Positions 1 through 10,600 of a stretch of 64,000 nucleotides of DNA are shown piece after piece. The stretch comes from an uncultured Pirellulales bacterium (GTDB lineage: Bacteria > Planctomycetota > Phycisphaerae > Sedimentisphaerales > Anaerobacaceae). Numbering within the stretch: position 1 is the first letter of the stretch; every line of letters starts with the position of its first letter. Location: assembly GCA_964536225.1 (NCBI GenBank), contig CAZHVR010000003.1, forward strand, positions 6,102 to 70,101. The letters are read 5' to 3'. The notes under the pieces are model-generated. The model saw nothing but the letters and a program-made list of their open reading frames with translations. It ran no database searches and was not told the DNA's origin. A program made the position numbers and the translations under genes.

Positions 1-1290
1 AAGACGCTGCTGGCAAAGGCCATCGCAGGTGAGGCCGACGTCCCGTTTTTCAGCATTTCCGGCAGTGACTTCGTCGAGATGTTCGTCGGCGTCGGGGCGT
101 CGCGCGTGCGCGATTTGTTCAAGCAGGCCAAAGACAACTCCCCCTGTATCATATTCCTCGACGAGATTGACGCGGTGGGTCGAAGACGAAGCGCGAGTTT
201 CGCCGGCGGCGGACACGACGAACGCGAGCAGACACTAAACGCCATCTTAGTCGAGATGGACGGCTTCGATACCGACGACCAGGTAATTGTAATGGCGGCC
301 ACGAACCGCTCTGACATACTGGATAGCGCATTGACCCGGCCGGGCAGGTTCGACAGGCAGGTTGTAGTGCCTCTGCCCGACCTGAAGGGCCGGCTGGAAA
401 TCCTGAAAGTCCACGCCAAAAAGGTCAAGCTCGGCCCCGATGCCGACCTCGAACGCCTGGCCCGCGGAACACCGATGTTCAGCGGGGCGGACTTGGCGGC
501 GATTATTAACGAGGCGGCCCTGGCCGCAACTATGGCCAATAAAGACGCTATCGGGAGGGCCGACCTTGAGGAGGCAAGAGACAAGGTGCGATGGGGCCGC
601 GCCAAAAAAAGCAGGGTCAGCGACCAAACTGAAAGGAACATTACCGCTTTTCACGAGGCGGGGCACACGCTTGTTCAGTCATTGTTGAAAGACGCCGACC
701 CGCTGCACAAAGTCAGCATTATTCCAAGAGGACCGATGGGCGGAGCTACTTTCGCGCTGCCCGAAAAGGACAGGACCATCTTTACCAAAAAATATTGCAT
801 GGCTTTGCTGCAGGTCTGCTTCGGAGGCAGAATCTCAGAAGAAATGTTCTGCGAGGATATCTCAAGCGGGGCACAGGCAGATATTATGCAGGCGACCAGA
901 ATTGCTAAACAAATGGTGCTGAACTGGGGTATGAGCGAGCGGCTGGGGCCGGTAAGCTATGAGTCGGACTTCGGCTCAAAGGATGCTTACTTCGTTATGC
1001 CGGGGGAAAAGGACTATTCTGAAAAGACAGCCGAAACTATCGACGCCGAGATCAAACGGATTACCGACGACGCCTACAACAAGGCAAAGCAGCTTATCGA
1101 AGCAAACAGCGACAAGCTCGAACGGATTGCCAAAGCACTTCTAAAATACGAGACGCTCGATGCAGACGACGTGAAAACCATCCTGGAGGGGGGCCGGCTC
1201 GATAAGCCGACGGTGACGGATTTGCTCGCCGCGGAGCAGAAAAAGGACAAAAAGCCGGAACCCGAAAAGCCGGCCAAAACACAATCGTGA
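1..1290 (+). CDS. ftsH: ATP-dependent zinc metalloprotease FtsH (5' end upstream of window)
   Basis: Frame 1 is open from nt 1 ([40 protein letters not shown]). Walker [34 protein letters not shown], zinc site HEAGH. Stop at 1288-1290. Confidence 0.97.
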   Translation, partial: KTLLAKAIAGEADVPFFSISGSDFVEMFVGVGASRVRDLFKQAKDNSPCIIFLDEIDAVGRRRSASFAGGGHDEREQTLNAILVEMDGFDTDDQVIVMAATNRSDILDSALTRPGRFDRQVVVPLPDLKGRLEILKVHAKKVKLGPDADLERLARGTPMFSGADLAAIINEAALAATMANKDAIGRADLEEARDKVRWGRAKKSRVSDQTERNITAFHEAGHTLVQSLLKDADPLHKVSIIPRGPMGGATFALPEKDRTIFTKKYCMALLQVCFGGRISEEMFCEDISSGAQADIMQATRIAKQMVLNWGMSERLGPVSYESDFGSKDAYFVMPGEKDYSEKTAETIDAEIKRITDDAYNKAKQLIEANSDKLERIAKALLKYETLDADDVKTILEGGRLDKPTVTDLLAAEQKKDKKPEPEKPAKTQS

Positions 1291-1334
1291 CCAAAAAGGC
1301 ACCAGAAATCTTCCCTATTTTAAACAGAATATAT

Positions 1335-3122
1335 ATGAAGGGCAAAAGAAGCGGGGTTTTACTGGCGTTTGCGCTGATGGTTGCTTGCGCCTTCGGTGTC
1401 GAAGCCGCGGAGAAACAAAAAGTTGACGTCGTCAGTTTCTGGGCCGAGCAGCAATATGCCGCTGTGGCGCCGGGAGGCAAAAGCGCCGTAGCAATTCACT
1501 TCGAGCCGGAAAAGGGCTGGCATTTTTACGCCTCAGCCGATACGGCCCCCGGCGGGACGAACCTGAAATTCGAACCCAACGAACAGGGCTCACATTTCCT
1601 GACTTTTTCCAAACCGATATTTCCCAAAACGGACTGGCTCTATGACGAGGCACTCGACAAAAAAATTGAGGTCATAGGCGGCAATTTCACAGTTTTCCTG
1701 CCGTTCGAGGTCGCCGCCGATGCCGCTTCGCCGAAGACCGTGGCTGTTAATATCGGCATAGCAGGCGCGGTATGCTCCCAGACACAGTGTCGCGTGCCGG
1801 ATTTCGGCAGCGTAAGAACAGAAGTAAAAATATCGAAGGACACAGCAGGTCAGCAGCCGGCCTTTACTGTGCCCAAGGCGCAGCCGCCGGCAAAAACTAC
1901 GTCAGGTTCTGTGGGGCAATTCGCAAGCTATTCGGTTTGGGCGGCTTTAATTCTGGCATTTGTGGCCGGCCTGTCGCTGAACATTATGCCGTGTGTCTGG
2001 CCGGTATTGCCTATAATCGTGATGCGCCTTGTCGAGCAGGCAAAACAGGGCAGGGGCAAATCATTTACATTGGGACTTTCGTTTTGCCTGGGGATGATAC
2101 TGTTTTTTGCCTGCCTTGCCGGCGCCAACATCGTGCTTCGGCTGGCCTACGGGACCACTCTGCAATGGGGCGACCCTTTCAGGAGTCCGGCAATATTGAC
2201 TGCGCTTGTCTTGATTCTGGTTGTGCTGTCATTGTTTATGTTCGGCCTTTTCTCGATAAGCGTCCCTTCTTCACTTGCCGGCAAAGCCGGCCAGGGCAGG
2301 GGATTCAGCGGCGCGGTCGGTATGGGTTTTCTTGCGGCTGTTTTGAGCACGCCGTGCAGCTTCGGGATATTAGCAGGCGCCGTCGCCTGGGCGCAGGTCC
2401 AGCCCCTGCCGTTAGCGACGTCGGCAATACTGATAATCGGCGTGGGCATGGCCGCCCCTTACGCGATACTGACCACGATACCGTCGCTTTTGAAAAAGGC
2501 GCCGAAGCCCGGGCGATGGATGGAACTCTTTAAGCAGGCCATCGGCTTTGTGCTTCTCATTATCGCCGTCAAATTCCTGTCCTCGCTGCCGGGCAATTAC
2601 AAAATGGACGTTTTGTATTTTGCGATTGTGCTGGCTTTTTGTGTGTGGATGTGGGGCGGCTGGGTCAGTTTCGCTACGCCGGCATTAAGGCGATGGGTCA
2701 TCAGGGCCATTGCAGCCGCGCTGGCGGTTGTCGCCGGATTCGCCTTTTTGAAAGCACCCGCGCCCTCGCTGATTGCCTGGCAAAAATACGACGCGGGGAC
2801 GATAAATAAGACGCTTTACGAAGGCAAACCCGTCCTCATAGATTTTACCGCCGACTGGTGTCTTAGCTGCCAGATCGTTGACAGGACCGTATATTCGCGC
2901 AAAGATATTGCTGAATTGATAAAGCAAAAAGGGGTCATGGCCGTTAAGGCCGACACCACTTTGCAGGACTATCCCGCCACGATTGCCCTTAAAAAAATAT
3001 ACGATGAGCCGGGTGTGCCGGTAAGCATATTACTCGTGCCGGGAAAAGAGCCGGTACGCTGGAACGGTATCGCCTTCGGCGGAGAATTAAAAAAGGCGCT
3101 GGAAAAACTGCCGGGACAATAG
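1335..3122 (+). CDS. dsbD: Thiol:disulfide interchange protein DsbD-like (N-terminal domain + CcdA-type membrane core + thioredoxin domain)
   Basis: Signal peptide MKGKRSGVLLAFALMVACAFG. Cys pair CSQTQC in the N-domain. Membrane-embedded Cys motifs MPCVWPVLP and TPCSFGIL. C-terminal thioredoxin motif WCLSCQ. The ORF is open from GTG 1287, overlapping the ftsH stop; ATG 1335 gives the canonical signal peptide. Confidence 0.85.
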   Translation: MKGKRSGVLLAFALMVACAFGVEAAEKQKVDVVSFWAEQQYAAVAPGGKSAVAIHFEPEKGWHFYASADTAPGGTNLKFEPNEQGSHFLTFSKPIFPKTDWLYDEALDKKIEVIGGNFTVFLPFEVAADAASPKTVAVNIGIAGAVCSQTQCRVPDFGSVRTEVKISKDTAGQQPAFTVPKAQPPAKTTSGSVGQFASYSVWAALILAFVAGLSLNIMPCVWPVLPIIVMRLVEQAKQGRGKSFTLGLSFCLGMILFFACLAGANIVLRLAYGTTLQWGDPFRSPAILTALVLILVVLSLFMFGLFSISVPSSLAGKAGQGRGFSGAVGMGFLAAVLSTPCSFGILAGAVAWAQVQPLPLATSAILIIGVGMAAPYAILTTIPSLLKKAPKPGRWMELFKQAIGFVLLIIAVKFLSSLPGNYKMDVLYFAIVLAFCVWMWGGWVSFATPALRRWVIRAIAAALAVVAGFAFLKAPAPSLIAWQKYDAGTINKTLYEGKPVLIDFTADWCLSCQIVDRTVYSRKDIAELIKQKGVMAVKADTTLQDYPATIALKKIYDEPGVPVSILLVPGKEPVRWNGIAFGGELKKALEKLPGQ

Positions 3123-3131
3123 TGACGGCCT

Positions 3132-3836
3132 ATGGCAAAAAAGAAGGTAAAAAAATTCAACCCGCCGGGCAAAAGGCGGGTAAAAGTCGATAAAAAAGAA
3201 GCGGCAGGCCGGGTCAAAAAGATACTGCCGGTCCTGAAAAAATTATATCCCGGCGCGACTGTGGCGCTGCGGTTCGGCAATCCTCTCGAATTGCTGATTG
3301 CGACGATACTCTCGGCCCAGTGCACCGACAAACGCGTCAATATGGTGACGCCGGGCCTGTTCGCGAAATACAGGTCCACAGAAGATTGGGCCAGGGCGAA
3401 GCTTGAAAATATCGAAAACGACATACGCAGCACCGGCTTTTATCATAATAAGGCCGTCAGCATTAAAGGCGCCAGTCAGGCGATAATTGAAAAATTCGGC
3501 GGCAGGGTGCCCGACACGATGGATGAACTGGTGACACTGCCCGGCGTCGGCAGAAAGACAGCCAACTGCGTTTTAGGCAACGCATACGGCCAGCCGGCGA
3601 TAATGTGCGACACGCATGTTATTCGGCTCAGTCGGCGGCTTCGGCTGTCGGAAAATTCAGACCCTGTAAAGCTTGAGTTCGATTTGGCCGAAATAGTCCC
3701 TAAGAAGGACTGGACGATATTCAGCCATACGCTGATTCTTCACGGCCGAAACGTCTGTCAGGCGCGAAAACCGGACTGCGACAACTGTGCGATATCGAAG
3801 TTCTGTCCTTCGGCGTTTAAACCGGCCCTGTGGTGA
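3132..3836 (+). CDS. nth: Endonuclease III (DNA glycosylase/AP lyase)
   Basis: HhH-GPD motif LPGVGRKTANCVL. C-terminal 4Fe-4S cluster ligands CQARKPDCDNCAISKFC (C-x6-C-x2-C-x5-C). Confidence 0.93.
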   Translation: MAKKKVKKFNPPGKRRVKVDKKEAAGRVKKILPVLKKLYPGATVALRFGNPLELLIATILSAQCTDKRVNMVTPGLFAKYRSTEDWARAKLENIENDIRSTGFYHNKAVSIKGASQAIIEKFGGRVPDTMDELVTLPGVGRKTANCVLGNAYGQPAIMCDTHVIRLSRRLRLSENSDPVKLEFDLAEIVPKKDWTIFSHTLILHGRNVCQARKPDCDNCAISKFCPSAFKPALW

Positions 3837-3903
3837 TGTCCGGGATATACTCGGCGAAGAATCCGCCACAGGCGGACAAGAAAGGTTTTGAAGGAATATT
3901 TCT

Positions 3904-4596
3904 ATGATGTCCAACGTAACAAGTCAGCCGGTCGAAGACCTTTGGCGCATATTTCGGATAATGTCCGAATTCGTGGAAGGTTTTCAGGAGTTGTCCACAA
4001 TCGGTCCTGCCGTCTCGATTTTCGGCTCCGCCAGAATAGACCGCGAGCATAAGTATTACAAGCTCGCCCAGAAAACCGCTTATGAAGTTGCAAAAGCGGG
4101 ATTCGGGGTCATAACAGGCGGCGGCGGCGGAATAATGGAGGCGGCAAACAAAGGGGCCGTCGCGGCCGGCGGCAAAAGCGTCGGACTGAATATCGAGCTT
4201 CCCAAGGAGCAGATGCCGAATGAATATCAAAATATATCCCTGAGTTTCCGTTATTTCTTCTGCCGTAAAGTGATGTTTCTCAAGTACGCGCACGGCTTTA
4301 TAGTTTTCCCCGGCGGCTACGGCACGATGGACGAATTTTTCGAGTCCGTAGTCCTGATTCAGACCCTTCGACAGGCATCATTCCCCGTCATTCTTATGTG
4401 CAGCGATTTCTGGCGGGGACTGATTGACTGGACGGCCGAGAAAATGCTCAAAGAAGACGAATTCATATCCGCCAAAGACCTGCACGTTTACTCACTTGTC
4501 GATGAGCCGGCCGAGGCAGTGAAGATTATAACCGACTTCAGGGAAGGCAAGGGCCAGGCCGGCCTGCAGCTTCCCGGCGGGATGAAAACATCGTAA
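3904..4596 (+). CDS. LOG/TIGR00730-family Rossmann-fold nucleotide-binding protein (lysine-decarboxylase-like)
   Basis: Motifs ITGGGGGIMEAANKGA and PGGYGTMDEFFE are typical of the LOG family. Confidence 0.85.
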   Translation: MMSNVTSQPVEDLWRIFRIMSEFVEGFQELSTIGPAVSIFGSARIDREHKYYKLAQKTAYEVAKAGFGVITGGGGGIMEAANKGAVAAGGKSVGLNIELPKEQMPNEYQNISLSFRYFFCRKVMFLKYAHGFIVFPGGYGTMDEFFESVVLIQTLRQASFPVILMCSDFWRGLIDWTAEKMLKEDEFISAKDLHVYSLVDEPAEAVKIITDFREGKGQAGLQLPGGMKTS

Positions 4597-4604
4597 CTGC
4601 GTCA

Positions 4605-6470
4605 TTATTGCTGTGGCGATATTTTTTCGCGAATCTCGGTAAAATGTTTCAGCAGATATTCTTTCTCCGGGCCGCCTAAGTGTTCCCAGGGTAAAATTTC
4701 ATCGGTTGCGAATTGCCTTTGTGCGGCGGTATCGAGATTCATCCCGAATTTCAAGAAGGCGTCTTCCCAGATTTCCGGCTTAAATGATTCTCTCCACAAG
4801 TCGAACTTGGCCTCATTTCGCCAGGCATATTCAATAACGTCTGCTAATCGCTTGTCGCCTCGGCCGATGGCCGATTCGAGAATAGATTGTTCGATATCGT
4901 GAAATTTGAACTGCAAAAACTTCGCACCGAGCTTCTTTTTCTCATCGATTATCAGCCATTTCGCCTTTTCAAAATACTCCCTCGGTTTCTGCGCCAGCCA
5001 GCCGAAGGGCGTATGCGGCTTAGGCACAAGCCAGCTTACTGTTATATTGACCGAGGCGGTCCTGCCGTCAATTTCTCTGCGTAATTTCGCCAATGTATCC
5101 GCCAGGTGCACGATTTGTTTTACGTCGTCCTCAGTTTCGCCCGGCAGGCCGGTCATAAAATATAGTTTCAGTTTTTGCCAGCCCGCCTGGTACGCAGCCG
5201 ATACGGCGGCAAACAAGTCCTCGTCCTTGATGGGTTTATTGATGATTTGACGCAAGTGTTCTGTTGCGGCCTCCACGGCAATTGTCATACCGCTTTTACG
5301 AACCGACGAGACCAGCTTCGCCAATTGTTGCAGGTTTTTATCGACACGCAAGCTGGGTAAAGACAGTCCCACGTATTTGTCCGCGAAATAATCGTGAAGC
5401 TGCTCAATGAGCTTTTCAAGGTCGGGATAATCGGCGGTTGACAAGCTCAGCAAACTCACGGTATCGAAGCCGGTGGCCTGGTAACAGGCCTTTGCAATCT
5501 CAACGATTTTTTCGATACTGCGATAGCGGACCGGCCTGCGACAGAAGCTTGCCTGGCAAAACCTGCACCGGCCGGGACATCCCCGCATTATCTCGATACT
5601 GACCCGCTCCTGGACCGCCTGCGTGAAAGGAACAATCGGTCTTAAAGGCACAGGCGCGCTATCGAGGTCATCGACGACGGCGTTTGTTAGCCGTGTTGGC
5701 AGCCCTTCTTCAACGGCGTCGAACGATGTGATTTTGTCGCCCGCGTACTCGAATTTGTAAAGCGAGGGCACATATGCCCAGTCGAACTTTTTCGCTGCGG
5801 CAAGCAGAATATCCTTTTTCGTCGAACCATTTCTTTTCATTTCGATAATCAGCTTCGCCAGTTCCGCGACGGCCTCTTCCGCCTCGCCTAAGACAAAAAG
5901 GTCAATGAATGCAGCCATCGGCTCGCAGCAGTTTGCCATCCCGCCGCCTGCGATGACAAGCGGATCGGTCTCGCTTCGGTTTTTGCTTCGAACGCCCAGC
6001 CCGGCCAAATCCAGCATATTCAGGACGTTGGTATAGCAAAGCTCATTAGTCAAACTGAAACCGATTACGTCAAAGCTATTGAGGGCTGCTTTGGATTCGA
6101 GGGAGAAAAGCGGGATGTTCTTTTTGCGGAGGATGTCTTCGGCATCCAGCCACGGCGCAAAGACCCGCTCAGCCGCCACTTTGTCCATCCTGTTAAGCAC
6201 GTCGTAAACGATTGCAAGCCCCGTATGGCTCATACCGACCTCGTACGTATCAGGAAAGCACAAAGCAACGGTCAAATCGCAGTCGGCGAGGCCCTTTTTA
6301 ATCTGGTTTATCTCGCCGCCGATGTATCGGCCGGGCCTGCGAACGTACGGCAGGAATTCCCGCTCGACCCTGTCAACCAGTATTGTCGGTTCTTTTCTGT
6401 TCACGTCCGCATTATAGCGTATAATTGCTGCGAATATGAAGGATAACAAACGGCAAATCCTATTCGGCAT
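4605..6470 (-). CDS. Radical SAM protein with N-terminal B12-binding-like domain (TIGR03960-like)
   Basis: CxxxCxxC motif CPGRCRFCQA. N-terminal RPGRYIGGEIN is typical of this family. The maximal ORF overlaps the divergent apbE start by 35 nt; the alternative GTG start at 6404 is equally plausible. Confidence 0.85.
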   Translation of the reverse strand: MPNRICRLLSFIFAAIIRYNADVNRKEPTILVDRVEREFLPYVRRPGRYIGGEINQIKKGLADCDLTVALCFPDTYEVGMSHTGLAIVYDVLNRMDKVAAERVFAPWLDAEDILRKKNIPLFSLESKAALNSFDVIGFSLTNELCYTNVLNMLDLAGLGVRSKNRSETDPLVIAGGGMANCCEPMAAFIDLFVLGEAEEAVAELAKLIIEMKRNGSTKKDILLAAAKKFDWAYVPSLYKFEYAGDKITSFDAVEEGLPTRLTNAVVDDLDSAPVPLRPIVPFTQAVQERVSIEIMRGCPGRCRFCQASFCRRPVRYRSIEKIVEIAKACYQATGFDTVSLLSLSTADYPDLEKLIEQLHDYFADKYVGLSLPSLRVDKNLQQLAKLVSSVRKSGMTIAVEAATEHLRQIINKPIKDEDLFAAVSAAYQAGWQKLKLYFMTGLPGETEDDVKQIVHLADTLAKLRREIDGRTASVNITVSWLVPKPHTPFGWLAQKPREYFEKAKWLIIDEKKKLGAKFLQFKFHDIEQSILESAIGRGDKRLADVIEYAWRNEAKFDLWRESFKPEIWEDAFLKFGMNLDTAAQRQFATDEILPWEHLGGPEKEYLLKHFTEIREKISPQQ

Positions 6471-7464
6471 AGGTTTCGCGTTATGTCTGTTTATAGCGTT
6501 ACTTCTGATTAACAGGCGGACTCGCCCCGTCCAAATTGACGGCGGCTACCGCGAGGTGATGGGGACATTTGCCCGGATAGTCGCCGTGGCCGACAATGCT
6601 CAACAGGCCAGAAACTGCATCAAAGCCGGATTCAAAGAATTAAAACGAATCGACGCACTGATGAGCGATTACAAGGCCGACTCGGAGCTTAGCAAAGTAA
6701 ATCGCAAGGCCTTCCCCGGTCCCGTCAAGGTCAGCGACGAGCTTTTCGGTATTTTACAGAAAAGCGTGGAGTTCAGCCGACTGTCAAACGGCGCGTTCGA
6801 TATTACCGTCGGGCCTTTAGTTGACCTATGGCATAAGGCGGGCGAGGCCAATTCGATGCCCGATGCGGATGCACTGGCGGACGCGAGGGCAAAGGTCGGA
6901 TATGAAAAACTGATTTTAGACGCAAACGAGCAGACAGTGCGGTTCGCAGTCGATGGTATGCGGCTGGATTTGGGCGGCATTGCCAAAGGTTACTCCGTCG
7001 ATACAGCCGTCGAAGTAATGAAACAAAAAGGTGCGGTTGCCGGCATGGTCGATTCGGGCGGCAATATATACTGCTTCGGTAAACCCGCAGATAAAAATGT
7101 ATGGTTGATTGGTATCCAGGACCCCTGTTTAGAAAACGAAGAGCCGTTGATGGTTTTGAAATTGACGGATTACGCCGTAGCAACAAGTGGTGATTACAGG
7201 CGATTTGTTACGGTAGGCGGTAAAAAGGTTAGCCATATTATCGATACCAATACAGCAACGGGCGCTCACAAATTAGCAGGCGACACCATCATCGCTCCCA
7301 CCGCACTGCAAGCCGACGCACTATCGACTATTGTAAACGTGCTGGGGGCTGAAAAAGGCCTTGCCCTTATCAAATCCCTTTCCGGCATCGAATGTATCCT
7401 GATAACCCAAGGCCCTGAATACAACGTTATCAAAAGCGACGGGGCAAAGGCGTATATAAGGTAA
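6436..7464 (+). CDS. apbE: FAD:protein FMN transferase ApbE
   Basis: N-terminal membrane anchor. ApbE motifs DITVGPLVDLW, LDLGGIAKGYSVD and ATSGDYRRF. Confidence 0.9.
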   Translation: MKDNKRQILFGIGFALCLFIALLLINRRTRPVQIDGGYREVMGTFARIVAVADNAQQARNCIKAGFKELKRIDALMSDYKADSELSKVNRKAFPGPVKVSDELFGILQKSVEFSRLSNGAFDITVGPLVDLWHKAGEANSMPDADALADARAKVGYEKLILDANEQTVRFAVDGMRLDLGGIAKGYSVDTAVEVMKQKGAVAGMVDSGGNIYCFGKPADKNVWLIGIQDPCLENEEPLMVLKLTDYAVATSGDYRRFVTVGGKKVSHIIDTNTATGAHKLAGDTIIAPTALQADALSTIVNVLGAEKGLALIKSLSGIECILITQGPEYNVIKSDGAKAYIR

Positions 7465-7662
7465 CGTGGTTTGCAGCAACATTTTGAAAAATGGCTTGAT
7501 GAGGGAAGCCAAAAGTTGTATAAACAATTGCCTTAAAAGGCGCCCTCGACGTATAACACATCAGAGGTTTGGCCTGAATAGAAAGCTAAAATCAGAAAGT
7601 TACGTAAGGGAATCTTTTTTCCCATAGGTTTAACTATCGATTTTTTGAGAGGTTAAAGCAAT

Positions 7663-10600
7663 ATGGCTAGTTCGACAAAGCTCACTACAGGACGCAAAAT
7701 GGTAACGATAGACGGCAACGCAGCCGCGGCACACGTCGCGCACGCAACAAATGAAGTTATAGCAATATATCCGATAACTCCCAGCTCGCCGATGGGCGAG
7801 ATAGCAGACGACAAGACGGCCAGAGGCCAGAAAAATATCTGGGGCACGATTCCGTCGGTTACGGAGATGCAGTCGGAAGGCGGGGCGGCAGGGGCAGTTC
7901 ACGGCGCGCTTACGGCAGGCGCACTGACGACGACCTTTACGGCCTCACAGGGCCTTTTGCTGATGATACCGGATATGTATAAAATCGCCGCTGAGCTTTT
8001 GCCGGCGGTATTTCATATATCGGCCCGTTCGCTTGCGGCGCATGCTTTGTCGATATTCGGCGACCACGCGGACGTTATGGCCTGCCGGCAGACCGGCTGG
8101 GCGATGCTCAGCTCGAACAGTATTCAGGAGGTTATGGATTTTGCGCTGATAGCCCAGCAGGCGACGCTTGCCTCGCGAATCCCGTTTCTGCATTTCTTCG
8201 ACGGTTTCCGCACAAGCCACGAGATACAAAAAGTCGAGGAGCTTACATTAGACGATATGCGTGCGATGATTGACGACGAGCTTGTCTCGGCGGCAAAGGC
8301 GAGGGCGTTGAATCCCGACAGGCCAATGATTGCCGGCACCTCGCAAAACCCGGACGTTTATTTTCAGGGCAGGGAAGTGGCGAACAAATTTTATCAGGCC
8401 GTGCCCGGCATCGTGCAGGAAACGATGGACAAGTTCGCCAAAATAGTAGGAAGGAATTACCACCTGTTCGACTACATCGGGGCCGCCGACGCCGAAAAGA
8501 TTATTGTGATAATGGGTTCCGGCGCCGAGACAGCTCACGAGACAACCGAATTTTTGGCTTCGAAGGGGCAAAAGGTCGGCGTCGTGAAGGTTCGCCTGTT
8601 CAGGCCCTTCAGCACCGAGGCCTTTATTAACGCGCTGCCGAAAACAGCGAAGAAAATCGCCGTCCTTGACCGGACCAAAGAGCCCGGCTCGCTGGGCGAG
8701 CCGTTATATATGGACATTCGCACGGCGATTGGCGAGGCAATGGCGAAAAGGCAAACCAGCTTCAAGGAATATCCCGTAGTCGTCGGCGGCAGATACGGGC
8801 TTGGCTCAAAAGAATTCACGCCCGCGATGGTAAAGGCCGTCTTCGACAACCTCGATGCCAAAGAGCCGAAAAACGGCTTCACGGTCGGAATCATTGACGA
8901 CGTTGCCAACACAAGCTTGGATGTTGACGAATCATTTGTGCTGCCGGCGGAGGGAATTTACACGGCGATGTTCTACGGCCTCGGCTCGGACGGCACGGTC
9001 GGCGCCAATCATAACTCGATAAGAATTATCGGCGAGCAGACCGACAACAACGCCCAGGGTTATTTCGTTTATGACTCGAAAAAGGCAGGCGCGATAACAA
9101 TATCACACCTTCGCTTCGGCAAAAAGACCATTCGCAGACCTTATCTGATAAACAGGGCCGATTTCGTTGCCTGCCATAATCCGAGCTTCCTCGAAAAATA
9201 CGATATGCTCTCGGCGGCCAAAGAGGGTGCGACGTTTTTGCTGACCAGTATGTATCCGGCTGACAAGGTCTGGGACACGCTGCCGCAGGAGGTGCAAAAG
9301 CAGATTATCGACAAGAAACTCAAGCTTTACGTCGTTGACGCGATATCGATTGCACAGGAAATCGGACTTGGCGCGAGAATCAATACTATTATGCAGGTGG
9401 CGTTCTTCAAGATAAGCAACATTATCCCGATTGATACGGCAGTCAAGGCCATCAAGGACGCTATTCAGAAAAGCTACGGCAAAAAAGGCGAGCGGATAGT
9501 AAAGATGAACAACGACGCCGTGGACACCGCCCTTGAACGGGTTTACGAGGTCAAAGTGCCGGACAAGGCAACGAGCAAAATAGGAATGCGAGAGGTCGTG
9601 CCCGGCGATGCGCCCGATTTTGTCAAAAGCGTTACGGCTGAGATTATGGCGCTTCGCGGCGACAAGCTGCCCACGAGCAAATTCCCCATTGACGGCAAAT
9701 GGCCGACAGGGACGACCCGGTATGAGAAACGCAATATCGCCGTAAACATCCCTGTATGGGAACCGCAGGTCTGTATCCAGTGCGGGACCTGCTCGTTTGT
9801 ATGCCCGCACGGAACAATCCGGCTAAAGGCCTACGATGCCAAATTCCTCGAAAAGGCCCCTGCCGCATTCAAAAGCACAGACGCAAAAGGCAAAGACCTG
9901 GCAGGGATGAAATTTACCGTGCAGGTCGCCCCGGAGGACTGCACCGGCTGCGGGGTGTGCGTGCAGATGTGCCCCGCGCAGGAAAAAGACGCCAACAAAC
10001 AGCCCACCGGCCGAAAGGCCATAAATATGTCGCTGCAGGAACCGCTGCGGGCCCAGGAGCGGGAAAATTACGCACACTTCCTGTCGATTCCGAACACTGA
10101 CCCGAAGCTGTTCAAACGCGAAAGCGTCAAGGGAAGCCAGCTGATTATGCCCCTGTTCGAATATTCCGGCGCTTGTGCCGGCTGCGGCGAGACGCCTTAC
10201 GTGAAACTGCTCACACAGCTCTTCGGCGACAGGGCAATGATAGGCAACGCCACCGGCTGCTCGTCCATTTACGGCGGCAACCTGCCGACGACGCCCTACA
10301 CCAAAAGGGAAGACGGCCGAGGCCCCGTGTGGAGCAACAGCTTGTTCGAGGACAATTCCGAGTTTGCGCTCGGTATGCGATTGACGGTTGATAAGTCCAA
10401 GCAGCAGGCGGTCGAGCTGCTCGATATAGTCGCCCAAAAGGGCTGCGTCGATGCAGGCCTGGCGGGCGAAATAAACGCTGCTGCGGCTGCAAATGACCCC
10501 TCGCAGGACGCCATTGAGCAGCAGAGGACCCGCATAGCAAAACTCAAAGAGCAGTGCAAAAAGAGTGATTGCCCCGAATGCAGGCGGCTACTGACGTTTG

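Noticed and set aside
1772-2533. 253-aa plus-strand ORF
   Set aside because: It is out of frame inside dsbD, Arg/Gly-rich, and has no motifs.
9103-9810. 235-aa ORF on the minus strand, and other ORFs inside 7663-11277
   Set aside because: They are antisense or out of frame within the PFOR gene.
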